DNA of 64,000 nt from Macrostomum lignano (taxonomy: Eukaryota). The notes below the pieces were generated by a model. That model did not search any database. It worked only from the letters and a program-made list of their open reading frames with translations, and had not been told where the DNA came from. This document shows positions 11,973 through 24,111 of the stretch, in pieces; the first letter of the stretch is position 1, and every line of letters starts with the position of its first letter. The stretch covers positions 62,001-126,000 of the forward strand of contig NIVC01000065.1 in the NCBI GenBank assembly GCA_002269645.1, given 5' to 3'. The position numbers were made by a program, and so were the translations under genes.

Positions 11973-12549
11973 GGACGACTTAAGTAGGGCGGGGCGGGAA
12001 ACTTCATTTCTTGGAAATTTTTTGAAGGCAGGTTTTTTCGCAAAAAAACACTAGGAAGATTGGAAGTTTTCATTTTTTCAGCACAAAAATTGTTTTTGCT
12101 TTTGAAAGGAGGCAGATCCAGTGTTCATCTTCGTGTCTGTCTTATTGCTTTTATGTGTACATTTGCAGCACGTGTCTTTTGCCTAAAAACCATTGAAACC
12201 ATCATTCTTAGCTGACTGTGTAACAGAGATGATAAAATAGGCTCATACGCTCGTAAAACCAAATATTTCGAGCTGTGTATGAGTTTTGGTACTGGAAATC
12301 GACGTAGAATAAAAAATTAACATACAATCCTAATTTTATAAACAAAAATTTTTATGAATATCAATAGAGCAATAAGAAAGGCACAACATGTCAAAAGATG
12401 AACACTGGATCTGCCTCCTATCAAAAGCAATAACAAATTTTGTTCTTAAAAAATGAAAACCTCCTATCTCCGTAGTGTATTTTTTCGGAAAACTTGCCTT
12501 CAAAAAATTTCAAGAAAGGAGGTTTCCCGTCCTTCTACTTAAGTCGTAC
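11973..12549. mobile_element. MITE with ~230-bp imperfect terminal inverted repeats
   Basis: GGACGACTTAAGTAG...CTACTTAAGTCGTAC termini, with arms complementary through CAGTGTTCATCTT/AAGATGAACACTG. No clear TSD. Confidence 0.75.
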
Positions 12550-13907
12550 AACAATATTTAGTCACAATAACTATTACTACTTCAGGAGTATAAATTTATT
12601 TAAATTGCAACGAATTAATTGATGACTACAGATAATATATTATGTGAGAACTTTATTGAGAAACCCACCTCCGGCCAATCAGTGAAGTTCAGCAGGCGCT
12701 AACCTTTTCCTACTACTCTAACTAGCGTGTATGACTAGCGTTTTGACACATTTGACTCATAAAGATGATTTCATAAAGTAAAGAAATAAAGAAATTATAA
12801 CTTACAGTACGTCACTTTCTGCCCAATTCTATAATTTTATTGTTGTATTTTTCCATCACAAAGCCATCCTTGTCTAATCGCTTCAATTACTCTTGTAATT
12901 AATTTCTACACAGACTTACCTTAAAAGCAGCATAATCCAGACATTTGAAATCAGCAGGAACAGCAGCATCTTTTTAGCAACCTGCATTGATAACGCACGA
13001 ATATTGATGCAAAAAAACATCAATAGAGAGACATTGCCTTCTATTGCCTAGCCAGCAGACTGCAATAGCTATCTAGTGCAGTTAACCCAGAAAATGGCTT
13101 TACTGAGAAAGGGAGGTGATTTTCCTGGAAAGGGAGTCAATTTTATATTTATAAATGTAATGGTGTACGCTCTGTAACGAGGAACTACAGGCTAAGTACG
13201 CAGCCATTTAAAATAGCACGGGACAGTGTGCGGAAGCGCGTTGCCTAGGGGATTCTGATGATTCAAAGCGGATGATTTCTAAAATGCCGCACAAAGCTAG
13301 GAAGAAAAATGGGCTGGAGCCTGGACCCAATGCTCAGACTTTCCTGTGGATAGTTGGGACGTTTCTTCGGCGACATTTTTTGCTGGAAACGGACTACCAC
13401 AGACCAAGGTTCTATTTTGGTCTCCGCAGTGCTAGAGGGGAACTGCTTAATTAGGAAGTTTCGTCACGCTAAATATGCGGAAGCGAAGCAAGAAACGAAT
13501 TCAAACATTAGAATCCAACCACAGGAAACTGTTTTTATGGCGATTCCGTTTCTGGCCCCTTCCTACGCAGGATTTTGGGCCCCTTGCTTCGTTTCGTGCG
13601 TAGCTTTTATACGCATGAGTAAGTGGACGGAAACGGACTGGGTCGTATTATGGGATTATATACGTATTTCTATCTAACAACACCATAACAACGGTACACA
13701 CAGGGTCACTCTTACTGCATACCAGGCTGTACAGTTCATACAAAATTTCATTTTTTCGAGCCTGTATAAAACCTGAACCTGCATTGGCAGACATAAACTC
13801 AGTAAACAGACAAATACGCAACACAAAAACTCATTTTCAGAACTGACAATTGAAATGACGCCAGCGACAGCGATTTAAACTTTCCAATTATAATGTTATC
13901 GATGCAT

Positions 13908-13911
<4 letters not shown>

Positions 13912-13994
<83 letters not shown>
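13912..13994. repeat. (TC)n microsatellite, about 41 units
   Basis: Direct observation. Confidence 0.99.
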
Positions 13995-13998
<4 letters not shown>

Positions 13999-14453
13999 AG
14001 TCGCCGGTAAGTTCCTATTACTAATTTGTGCTCTAATCGCCTTTGCTTATCCGGGGTTTGCCTATTTTCCATTGCTTGATTAGAGAGCTGATCCAATTTT
14101 GATACCGTAGCTTTTTGCTGTATTTTACTCAATAGTGAAGTCGCCTAATTGCCTGATTATTTGCCTAAGGGCCTAATTATTAACTATTAACTAACCTCAT
14201 CATTATCCACTCTTTCACCATCATTTCACTCATGGCTTGCTAAGGCTTTCTCCCGGGGTGGCAAAGCATAAGGAAGTTGGGTAAGCTAATGGCCTCTCCC
14301 CGTGCAAAGCCCTCCTGTGAGTGCGTGCTGCGGGGCCGTGTGTGCGTGCAGTAGAGGGATTAGCGAGTCCTGGCACAGAATGGCAGTAGGAAGGTTGCAA
14401 CCCCATGCTGACGCGTCCCTTCGCCCTGAGCAATCTAAACTATAGACAGTACA

Positions 14454-14896
14454 TGTTCGCCTCATACTACTCTTAGTAATCAAAGTCGCAAGTCAGCCTC
14501 GCTCACAGTCACAAAGGATCCCCTGCTGAGAAATCCTCCAGATTGAGCCCAGAGTTCCCGATCATGCCCCAAGCAGAGTCCCTGTACTCGGCTGCATGTG
14601 TCTCCCCTGTTAGCCTAAATCTCCTGGTAACCATCCCAGGCGGGGCTCTAGCCTCGATAGGTCTGGTAGTAAGATCCAGGTGCGCCAGGTCACATAGAGT
14701 GGTGGCAGCCACTCGGTCATACTATGACCGAGTGACCAACTATTGCACCTTGGCTACAGGTGGGGTCCATGTGGGTCCTTAGCCCTCTGGTCACAAAGCG
14801 CTACCAAAGCTATCAATCATGTGGGAGGGACAGTCTGGTGCTGGAGGTCCGTCAGGTCATTGCCCGGTCATAGGCAGCCTACGGAGGGCGGTTACA
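14454..14896 (-). mobile_element. Possible solo-LTR-like segment
   Basis: The minus strand starts TGTAACC and ends TTGATTACTAAGA...GAACA, resembling the end of 17040-18059. No TSD found. Confidence 0.3.
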
Positions 14897-14899
14897 TCA

Positions 14900-15484
14900 C
14901 TTTCATGCTATGAAAGTCCGATTTTTAAGTGCTTCCTGCTGTGAGCAGCATGAATTTGTTCGCATACCCTTGGCCATAGAAATACACACCGCATAGTGCT
15001 TCTATGCTCACTCAGAAGAAAGCCACAAGTACAGCTGATCAAGCACAGAGCTGCAAGACAGCAGCTGCAAGATTTGTTCCAGTCATGGACCCTAACATTC
15101 ACTCTACAGAAGGGCAGAGACACGCAATGTTTACACTCTGAAGTCTTGGTCAGAGATGCCCTGAAATTCACGAAAACCTGACCCGCATTCACGGTCCCGA
15201 TTCCATCAGTCGACGAACAGTTTACAGGTTGATTGAACAGTTCGAGGCTGGCTGCAGATATCAAAGGCCAACCACCTTTGGGTAAGTTGGCAAAACATAC
15301 TGCCGGCCAGCCTCGAACTGCTGTCTTGCAACTCTGTGCTTGATCAGCTGTACTTGTGGCTTTCTTCTGAGTGAGCATAGAAGCAAAATGTGGTGTGTAT
15401 TTCTATGGCCAAGGGTATGCAAACAAATGTATGCTGCTTACAGCAGGAAGCACTTATAAATATCGGACTTTCGTGGCATGAAAG
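14900..15484. mobile_element. MITE-like long inverted repeat (~165-bp arms, ~250-bp spacer)
   Basis: 14900-15064 is the reverse complement of 15318-15484 (e.g. AAGCCACAAGTACAGCTGATCAAGCACAGAG). Confidence 0.75.
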
Positions 15485-16501
15485 CTAAAATAAGCCGCTA
15501 ACTTTTAAGGCATATGATTTTTTAACACACATTATTAATTGTCGAAGCAAGCAAAAGTGACACTACTTCTGGGACACGTCTCGTATATTATTCCATAGAA
15601 TAAAAGCGGAGTGTGGAACCCAAGCACCTGAACAAAAATCCACAAAGTAGGCAGAAAACTATGTGTCTACTTCCGATAAGATCGGCTTTCGTGATTATTT
15701 TGCATTGGATCGCTAGTTTCCCGCCCGTATTTAGCAGTCCGTAGCATTGCCTATTTGCGTTCTTATGGAGTGGAAGTTCCCCTTTTCGATTTTTAACCGG
15801 AACAGTAAAATAATCTGTACGGGCATCAAGCGTACATGTATAGAAGGAACTTGAATACATGAATGTACATTACAGTGTACTTTTCAATGAGGAACTTCCA
15901 TTCTATACAAACAAGAATGGAAATAGAATTGTACTTTGTTGCCACCCACTGTTTAATGGCAAGCTTCAAGGCGAAATAACTGCGTAGTGAACCACGTCTG
16001 TGCTCTAAAGTGCACTCAAAGAGGAACTTCCGTAAGAGTTCCTTTTATTACACTGTACATCTGTACGCGTCGGGGTAGTTAGAGATTGGAGAGGGTTGCT
16101 ATGGGCGAGACGGGGGTCTGTGGGAGAGCGGGGTTTGGGGGGCAGAGCGTAGAGCCGGGCGAGCCGGCGAGGACTGAAGCATGGACTTCTACAAATGGCA
16201 TCTGGAACTCTTTCTCCTTCCTCTCTTATACCCGAATTCGTAGCATTCATAGAAATCCAGATCGGATCACGTGATTCCTATGTATCGATCGCTTATAGCA
16301 GAGAGCCAGGGAGCTGAAGCTACAAAATCCGACTCATATATTAATATATTGGATTACTTTATATATATATTACATTAGATTAGATTCGTATATTAGATAT
16401 ATATACCAAATATATATCTCGCCATGGGCGATGGGAGTGGTCAAAGACCAATATCACCAATGGTTTCCCATGGCTACGAAGAGGAAAAGGGGGAAGGAAG
16501 T

Positions 16502-17032
16502 ATATATACACTTGAAAGATTGTAGATTGTAGATTGAGACGCAGAGGGAGGCTCACAGAACAGGCGGGAGGGGCAGGCAGCAGCAGCCTGAGGGGTCAGC
16601 TCAAGCGCCTGCAAGTCAGCGATGAGGCAGTCAGTTAGAGTGGCAGTGTGGGCCTGGCGCAATTTGGTCGGCCGGTGCAGCATGGCCAAGGCCAGAGGGA
16701 CGGGCGTACCGCGACCCAGGGTCCGTAGGCAGTGGCCCAGCAGCATCTGTTGGCGCCGGCGCAGGGTGGCGCTCAGGGGCAGATCGGCAGGCGATCCGTG
16801 TAGTGCACGCCCAGCGCGTAGGGCAGCAGCGATCGGTAAAGCGCTTCCAGGGCTCGCTCTCGCGTTTCAGTTAGCGGCACAGCCTCCATGCCGTACAGCA
16901 GGATCGGCTCGACGGCCGCGCGGAACAGGCGTACCTTCTGCTGCAGGCAGTGCTGCACTTCAGTGCAGTGCAGGCTGCACTCCACGGCCATGACAGCGCC
17001 CAGGCCAGTGCTGCCACAGACGAGCTGCAGCG
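16502..17032 (-). mobile_element. RTE-clade LINE 3' end (post-RT region + short-repeat tail)
   Basis: KVRLFRAAVEPILLYGMEAVPLTETRERAL...LGVHY and RRRQQMLLGHCLR. The tail CAATCTACAATCTACAATC lies at about 16517-16537. Confidence 0.85.
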
Positions 17033-17039
17033 CATATAC

Positions 17040-18059
17040 TGTAGAGTAATATATCTCCCAGAAAAGTTATTTAAAATTGTTAATGTACTACTTATATAGT
17101 AGTAAAATGAAGAGCATGAATAAGGATATATATATATATACGAGATATATATTTGAATCAACCAATAGAAAGAGAGAAGAAATCTCGAGCATGCTAATTT
17201 TAGAAATCACCCAATCACGTGTGACCCGCGCTTGTCAGCTCAAACCCCAGGTGAGATGCATCACTCATGTGAACAAATCAAATGTAACTAAAAATAACTC
17301 AAATGCAGTAACCAATCTTGCGCTTTTACACTAAACCAATGGAGTAACTTTCTAACCTGCCATGTTTGACAGCAACCAAACCGTGACCCTTTGACAGTTG
17401 AGAAGTCGAACTCACCTGACCTCATGTGGGGGTCCGTATGCCTATAAATACAAGTGGTCTAGAGCGGACCGGAGCCTCAGATTTTGGACTCCAGGAGGAG
17501 CAGCTCCGAAGAGGAAGCCATCAGAGGACTTCCTAGCTAAACTCGCTCAAGTTCTTGCGGTAAGCCTTTCTCATTTGCGCCCGTTGGTTGAGACGTCTCA
17601 CTTGCGTTGAGTTAGAGTCTGTTGAGACTCTTGAGTCTATTGAGACTCCATTGGCAGTAGTCTCCAGAAGGACTACCCTGATAGATCTTAGTAGACTATC
17701 AGTGATTACCGGAGCTATACCTAGAGTGCATAGAGGCACTGCTAGAAGGAGAAGGCTTGGCTTAAACTGCAGTTAGGCGCAGGGTACCCATTGTTAATAC
17801 GAAGCTTCCTATTGGTCCGAACTACAGATACCGGCCGGCAAGAAGTCATTGAGGACAAAGAGGACCGGACCAGACACCGACGAGAGGCGCCCGATATACA
17901 AGACTTCGAAGGTCTAATAGCGAGAACAACTCTCAGGAAGAGATAAACCGATCAGTACTCGAGGTAATAAATACCTTCATTTGATTACTGGGTTGCCTAG
18001 CTAAAGAGCTAGAAGTGATTGTTCCTTGATTACTAAGAAAGACTTGGTAGTAAGGAACA
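17040..18059 (+). mobile_element. LTR-like ~1-kb segment at the RTE inversion junction
   Basis: TGT...ACA termini, several CCAAT boxes, TATAAATA (~17442), a GTAAG donor-like site and AATAAA (~17967). No TSD. Confidence 0.45.
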
Positions 18060-19336
18060 CATCAATACGCCCATCGGATTGAAGCCTTCATCGAAGAGGC
18101 TGTGAGCGAAATCCAACTCACAACTGACAACTGCCGCCATATTGCTGCTTGGAGGACCATCAACCAGCTGACTGGTAGGTAACCCAGGCCCAACACCATC
18201 GTCGGCGCTGATTCCAACGAGCACTGCAAGGCCCTGCTGGCCACCTAGGTGTTCAACGCGGCCGCTCCAACTGCGCCTCTTCTGCCAATCCCAGACTTCG
18301 CTCCAGCCCAGCCAGGCGCCTTCAACACCGGCCCCATCACTGCAGGCGAAGTTGACCGAGCACTGAGGACCATGCGAGCTGATGCCGCCGCCGGGGTGGA
18401 CGCCATCCCTCCCAGGGTCCTGAAGCTGCCCGAGCTCACCCCGATCATCACCTGCCTGCTGAACAAGCACTGCAGCCTTGGAGGCAACGAGACCGCCTCA
18501 GCTCCTCAGCAATCGCGCACATCCAAGATTGTCTCCATCACGAAGAAAGGCGCCTCCACCAGCTTGGACAACCAGCGGGGCATCGCGCTGGAATGCACAA
18601 CGCCGAAGCTGCTGAACGCGATTCTGCGCAACCGCCTCCTGCCCGGCCTCAGCCCGCTGCTGCTGAGCCTCCAAGCGGCTTCCGCCCGGGCAGGTCCACC
18701 ACCGAGCAGGTTGCCACCATCCGCTCTGTCATCGAGGCCTGAAAGACCCGCCAGCGCTCCGTGTCAATCATCTTCGTCGACTTTCGCAAGGCGTTTGACT
18801 CGGTGTCCAGGCCTGCGATCGCGTGGCTTCTATCTCGTTATGGCGTACCTGCTGCGCTGGTGAGCGCGGTGATGGACATCTACCGCGACTCCAGGGCTTT
18901 TGTCATGTCGAGCGACGGCCCCACAGAAGAGTTCAGCACCAGCTCAGGCGTCCTTCTGGGCGACACGCTGGCTCCTCTGCTCTTCCTCGTGGTTGTGGAA
19001 TACGTGCTTCGGCGGTCCCTCCACGAGAATGACAGCTACTTGCTGGTCCCACGCCGAAGCTCACCCTGCTGTTTCGCTTCCTGCTCTCGCGTATGCTGAC
19101 GACATCGCGCTGGCTCTGCCGCGATCCAGCTGCTGCCCAGCGCGCTCTCACAAGGCCCTGCGACGAGGGTGCCCGTGTTGGGCTGCTGGTGAACGCTCGC
19201 AAGACGGAGGCGCTGCACGTGGGCACGAATACCGCCTTAACTTTCACGCTGCCCAATGGAGACCGTATCGCGGTGTGCGAGGACTTCTGGTACCTCGACG
19301 CCCTGATGATGAGCCCCGATGCGATTGTCTCCGACA
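18060..19336 (+). mobile_element. RTE-clade LINE reverse transcriptase fragment (frameshifted)
   Basis: AAGVDAIPPRVLK, NQRGIALECTTPKLLNAILRNRL, IIFVDFRKAFDSVSR, GVLLGDTLAPLLF, LAYADDIAL and LLVNARKTE are non-LTR RT motifs. Confidence 0.93.
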
Positions 19337-19534
19337 GGAAAGGAAGTGAAGAAAGACTAAGGGAGACGGATGAAAGGAGAACAAGACAAAGGAAAAAGAG
19401 AAGCCTAAAAACTTTGAGACACCTGGCTCTTTAAAATAGATTGGCTTGATGCCAGGATTAGCTAATGCTGCAGGTAGAGCATTTCATAATTTACAGTGAG
19501 TGGGAGTAGAGCACCGCTTCTGTTGCTCTGTTCT

Positions 19535-19798
19535 AGACAAAGGAAGCTTAGAGGTGTGCTGGGCTGTTTTGCTGATGGAACGGAGACCACAGTGTGACTG
19601 TGTAGCAAAATGATGGTGGAGCTGCTGAAGTTCACTGGAGCCCCTGACCCCGCAGAAGTCCATGGACAAAAGCAAGTCCACCAGCAGTTTTGCGAGTGCT
19701 AAGTCTGTATGGAAACTTGAAGGAGTCACCAATGATCCTGGCAGCCTTCTGCTCGACATGGTTCAATAAATTAAGATGGGACTGACTGGCAGATCTCC
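19535..19798 (-). mobile_element. CR1/L2-group LINE 3' ORF2 fragment
   Basis: LWRSASQSHLNLLNHVEQKAARII...STRKTAGGLAFVH...PLSRT is the typical post-RT tail of CR1-group elements. Confidence 0.65.
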
Positions 19799-20689
19799 AT
19801 AAAAGGGAACTTTGTTTAATTGTCAAATATTAGTAATGGAACATGTGGTAAACACAGTAAATTAAAAAATGTAAATGTGCATTTTTTCAAAACAGTACTA
19901 AAAATAGTTTAAAGAGATGAAAATATTGCAAAAATGTAGTTTTTTAAAATGAAAGTAGTTTAAGACAGTTAGAGTATTGTATCTTTACTACTGACAGTAG
20001 GCACACGAATATTTGTACAGTACGTTTGACCATTGATTACTTCGAAGTTTGCAGTGAATCTCCATGTCGTTCAATAAACTATGTCGAAATTTAAATCTTT
20101 CGTTATTTTTTTTAAATTAACATTCGTGATTGTCAACTTCAGGTCCTACATGTAGTTGCATGCTATTCGATTAAGCTAGATCTAGTTCGATGTAGATTCT
20201 AGAAGGACGAGGACAAGACTAAGACGTTCCGTTTTTTAAGAACAAAAATTGACGGCTCACCTGTCAACAAAAAATACTCTTAAAGATAGGAAAAAAATCT
20301 TTATTCACCTAAAACTTTGTGACTGCATTTGACTGTATTTGGCCGTTATATCCCGGAGCTTTTCTTGTATTTGCTTTATTTAGTCTGTTGGGAGACGGGG
20401 GTCCAAGTTGATGCGCGATTGTCGAACGATAAGCTTTACGGCTTGTAAACAATAAAATTATTTGGCAATGAAGTATAAGTAGTGAGCAGTGTAGGCGATC
20501 TTAGAATGTTGTTGAATGTTGATTTGGACTTTTATTTATTTATTACCATTAATGAACTACTTATAAGTACTGCAGGCATGCACATGCTACTAAATAGTCG
20601 ATAACCTAAAAAATGCTTAAAAATACATTTGCATTTTTATTTTAAAACACTTTAAAAGTTGTTAATAACACACCGGCAGCTGGTGCTCA

Positions 20690-20877
20690 TCAGTCAGCTT
20701 TGCGACAAGGCAGATTCCACACCTGATCGCAATTAAACACGACAGGTACGGGAGCTGGTGGAAAGGCGAATTTTGAAGAGATCTGGCGCGAGTAAACTCG
20801 ACCACCTGCTGAAGTTTTGAGACTCGGCTCGACGGTCTTCGATTGGGAATCCTTCGGTCTGAACTTTTTGAGGAAAT
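20690..20877 (-). CDS. Terminal exon of an unknown gene (tail with VYSRQI...AFPPAPVP)
   Basis: TTTTCCGCAG acceptor, phase 1. It reads (D)FLKKFRPKDSQSKTVEPSLKTSAGGRVYSRQISSKFAFPPAPVPVVFNCDQVWNLPCRKAD* and joins in frame to exon 21515-21468. Confidence 0.5.
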
Positions 20878-20976
20878 CTGCGGAAAATATGAAACAATAT
20901 ACAAAAATACAGCTTGTTATCGATATAAATGGATCATTTGCTTAAACTTTAAGATTCTGCACCAGGGAACTGTTAC

Positions 20977-21388
20977 GACCCTCTGTATCCTTCAGTCAGG
21001 AGTCTGTTGTGACACCCTGTATCCTTCAGTCAGGAGTCTGTTGTGACCCTCTGTATCCTTCAGTCAGGAGTCTGTTGTGACCCTCTGTATCCTTCAGTCA
21101 GGAGTCTGTTGTGACCCTCTGTATCCTTCAGTCAGGAGTCTGTTGTGACCCTCTGTATCCTTCAGTCAGGAGTCTGTTGTGACCCTCTGTATCCTTCAGT
21201 CAGGAGTCTGTTGTGACCCTCTGTATCCTTCAGTCAGGAGTCTGTTGTGACCCTCTGTATCCTTCAGTCAGGAGTCTGTTGTGACCCTCTGTATCCTTCA
21301 GTCAGGAGTCTGTTGTGACACTCTGTATCCTTCAGTCAGGAGTCTGTTGTGACCCTCTGTATCCTTCAGTCAGGAATCTGTTGTGATA
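20977..21388. repeat. 34-bp minisatellite x~12 (intronic)
   Basis: Unit GTGACCCTCTGTATCCTTCAGTCAGGAGTCTGTT, nearly invariant, with no spacers. Confidence 0.97.
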
Positions 21389-21467
21389 ACCTGCAGCCAA
21401 GATACCTTTCTGAGGTTGTGACTAAAGCTCGAATTGAAATAATAAGATTAATAAATATACTACTTAC

Positions 21468-21515
21468 CAGCAACTTTGCAATACAATCTTTCCATAAAGT
21501 TCATTGCGTAAGCAA
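21468..21515 (-). CDS. 48-nt symmetric phase-1 exon (VAYAMNFMERLYCKVA)
   Basis: TTGTAG acceptor, CTG|GTAAGT donor, in frame with 20877-20690. Confidence 0.4.
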
Positions 21516-22129
21516 CTACAAGCAGCATAAATATTGAAATATCAGATAATAGAATATTTTACGCAGTACAGAATGCCGCGGTATTTGCCTCTAGCGTCCT
21601 TGGCAGTGAAAAGAATGTTTTAATTTCAATATATTTATTTGCAACATTGAACTTACCACATGTGTATTTATATGTACATGAAAGGCCGTGCAGACCCCCC
21701 TCCCCCGGCCTAAAAATTGTACAAGCCACTTGCAGAACTGGTAGGGCTTTGATAATGGAGTGCTAAACAGTCAATTCTTTCACAAATGCTTCTACAACCC
21801 CCACCCCCACCATTCATAACACTGTCAGGGCTGGTATATTGCCGAACACTTTGAAATGCTTCCTTTGTATTATGCTCTTATCAGAGCAAAGTGGACCAAT
21901 GAGGCCCAAGTTTATTATTGCGCCGATCTCAAGTAAACAAGACGCAATTGTTAACGACTTTGCTGATTGTTGAGCACGTTTATTGTGTTTAATTTACCAG
22001 CAGAGTTTTTATAAAACTTTGTTGAGCGGAGGTGAGGTCACAGTCATTTAGGAGGGGGTCACAGTCCCCCAGGCCCCCTTTTTAGCAGGGATCGCGGTAA
22101 TCCTAATTATCCAGAGGCAATTAGTGGGG

Positions 22130-22480
22130 TCAGTACAGTCCTCCCCAGGTCATTCAAAAGGGGTCACAGTCCTCCCCAGGTCATTCAAAAGGGGTCACAG
22201 TCCTCCCCATGTCATTTAATGGTGGTCACAATTCTCCCATGTCATTCAATGGTGGTCACAGTTCTCCCCATGTGATTCAACGGGGTCACAGTCCTCCCCA
22301 TGTCATTCAATGGTGGTCACAGTTCTCCCCATGTCATTCAACGGGGTCACAGTCCTCCCCAAGTCATTTAATGGTGGTCACAGTCCTCCCCATGTCATTT
22401 AATGATGGTCACAGTCCTCCCCATGTCATTTAATGGTGGTCACAGTCTTCCCCATGTCATTCAATGGTGGTCACAGTCCC
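22130..22480. repeat. 31-bp minisatellite x~11
   Basis: Unit GGTCACAGTCCTCCCCATGTCATTCAATGGT. Confidence 0.95.
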
Positions 22481-22833
22481 CACTCCCCACCCAAATTATT
22501 TATTAAGGCTCAAAATCACAAATATGACTTCTCATAACTGTGCTTAGTTACATTTGAGTCTGTATTTGAAGCTCTCGAATTCAATAATTAACTGTACAAA
22601 ACCCGTGAGTGCATCATAATAAGTTTACCGGGTACATAGGGGCATAAAAGCAGAAAGGCTATGGAAAAGAATGGTTCAAAAACGCTGCATTTTAACAAAA
22701 TGCTTTGATAAATAAATAGGAAAGCAATTATTGTTGCACAAAATGAATTCACCCTATGAAACGGAACTACATGTATAGCAATTGAATAGTTCAGAAGTTG
22801 TACAGAAGTTGAACAATAACAATGCACTTCTTT

Positions 22834-23061
22834 TCAGCTGGGATTCGATTTTCTGCTCGACCAGAGCATGACGGGCACTGGGAAAGGTGGGAAGGCTCTG
22901 TAGCGAGCAATTTGGCTGGGATAAACTTGAACGGTGCTGCTGCTTCTGCTGCTGCTGTTGCTGCCTGCTGATAAACTGTTTGTGGATAATTTAGTAGCCT
23001 CTGGCTTTGACTCCTGCTTCTTCACAGCATCCGAATTTGTTGAAAGAAATTTTAGCTTCAT
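22834..23061 (-). CDS. Terminal exon paralogous to 20690-20877 (VYPSQI...AFPPFPVP)
   Basis: The ORF track peptide shares the motif with the manually translated 20.7-kb exon. Splicing to the upstream exon 23311-23187 is frame-ambiguous. Confidence 0.4.
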   Translation of the reverse strand: MKLKFLSTNSDAVKKQESKPEATKLSTNSLSAGSNSSSRSSSTVQVYPSQIARYRAFPPFPVPVMLWSSRKSNPS

Positions 23062-23186
23062 CTGTTGCAGCTTGCTTAGATGATTGATTGCAGACGATCT
23101 GAGATAACACAGGGGTTAAGTATCTGTGAATATTATAGTTAATCAATATTTTATAAGCTTTTACGATTATTGTAATTGTATCTTAC

Positions 23187-23311
23187 CTGAGGCCTTCGAT
23201 CGATATTCTATGAAGAATATTGGAAAGCACACTGCGATGTTTAGACTCTTCAGTTAGTCTGTAAAGCTCTTGGCCTGCTTGATTTATTATCGTTATAAAG
23301 CTTTCGTATTG
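23187..23311 (-). CDS. Probable internal exon of the same unknown gene
   Basis: TGACAG acceptor and CAG|GTAAGA donor, followed by a 63-nt AT-rich intron. The reading frame is uncertain. Confidence 0.3.
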
Positions 23312-24111
23312 CTGTCAGAGAATTTTTTATAGACGGCTTGTCTGGAGGACTATCGGATTGTAAAAATTTTCCATTGTGTACCCAAACACTGTACACTCAA
23401 TAATGGGCAGCCCACGGCAAGGCCAGGGGAAGTCCGCTGCTTTGCCTTGGGCAATCCTCCTAGGTTCTATTTTTAGACATGAGTATCGGACAGAGTTTGG
23501 TTGGTTCCCTTTCATCGGTTAGTCATTGGGCTAAACGTTTCACTAAAGAACGGCAGATGCTTTTCTATTCTTTCTTTCCAACTGAAGTGACTGACAGTTG
23601 CATGAAAAAGGCAGAAGTTTGCTCGCACTAAAAGTTCCACTCGTTTGCACAAAAAAGCATGTGCTTGTGCTGGTTCAGAAATTTGCTATTTAAGTAAACA
23701 GAGCGTGTTTGCAAAACTATTTCCTTTCAGTTCTAGTCATGTGATTTGACAAATTCTCAGACAAGTACAGGACAAGGACTTCTCTTAGCATGTATCTTGG
23801 ACTGGTACATGTATTCACTTATTTTTAGCGGTCCATGACCGCTTGCAAGCATGGCCTTTCAGCTTGCATTGCACTGCTTTCTATTTTACTCTGTTTCCTG
23901 TCATTCGATACTTTTTTATAGAACATGGGCTCGGCTCGGCGCTCTCTCTGCTTTTAGCTACTTCTATCGTGCATTATAGAAACAGCATAATGAAATTGTA
24001 TGTACATGTATACAGTAAAGTAGAGAATAAAGGCGTGGTGAGTCATAGCAGATAGAAGCCTCTTTATTTTTCTCTGAGCCATACCAGATACACTGATTGT
24101 TTTTAAGTAGT

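Noticed and set aside
20977-21388. 34-bp repeat (and the 30-, 36- and 42-bp arrays) as CRISPR arrays
   Set aside because: The units are head-to-tail with no unique spacers, there are no cas genes, and the context is eukaryotic.
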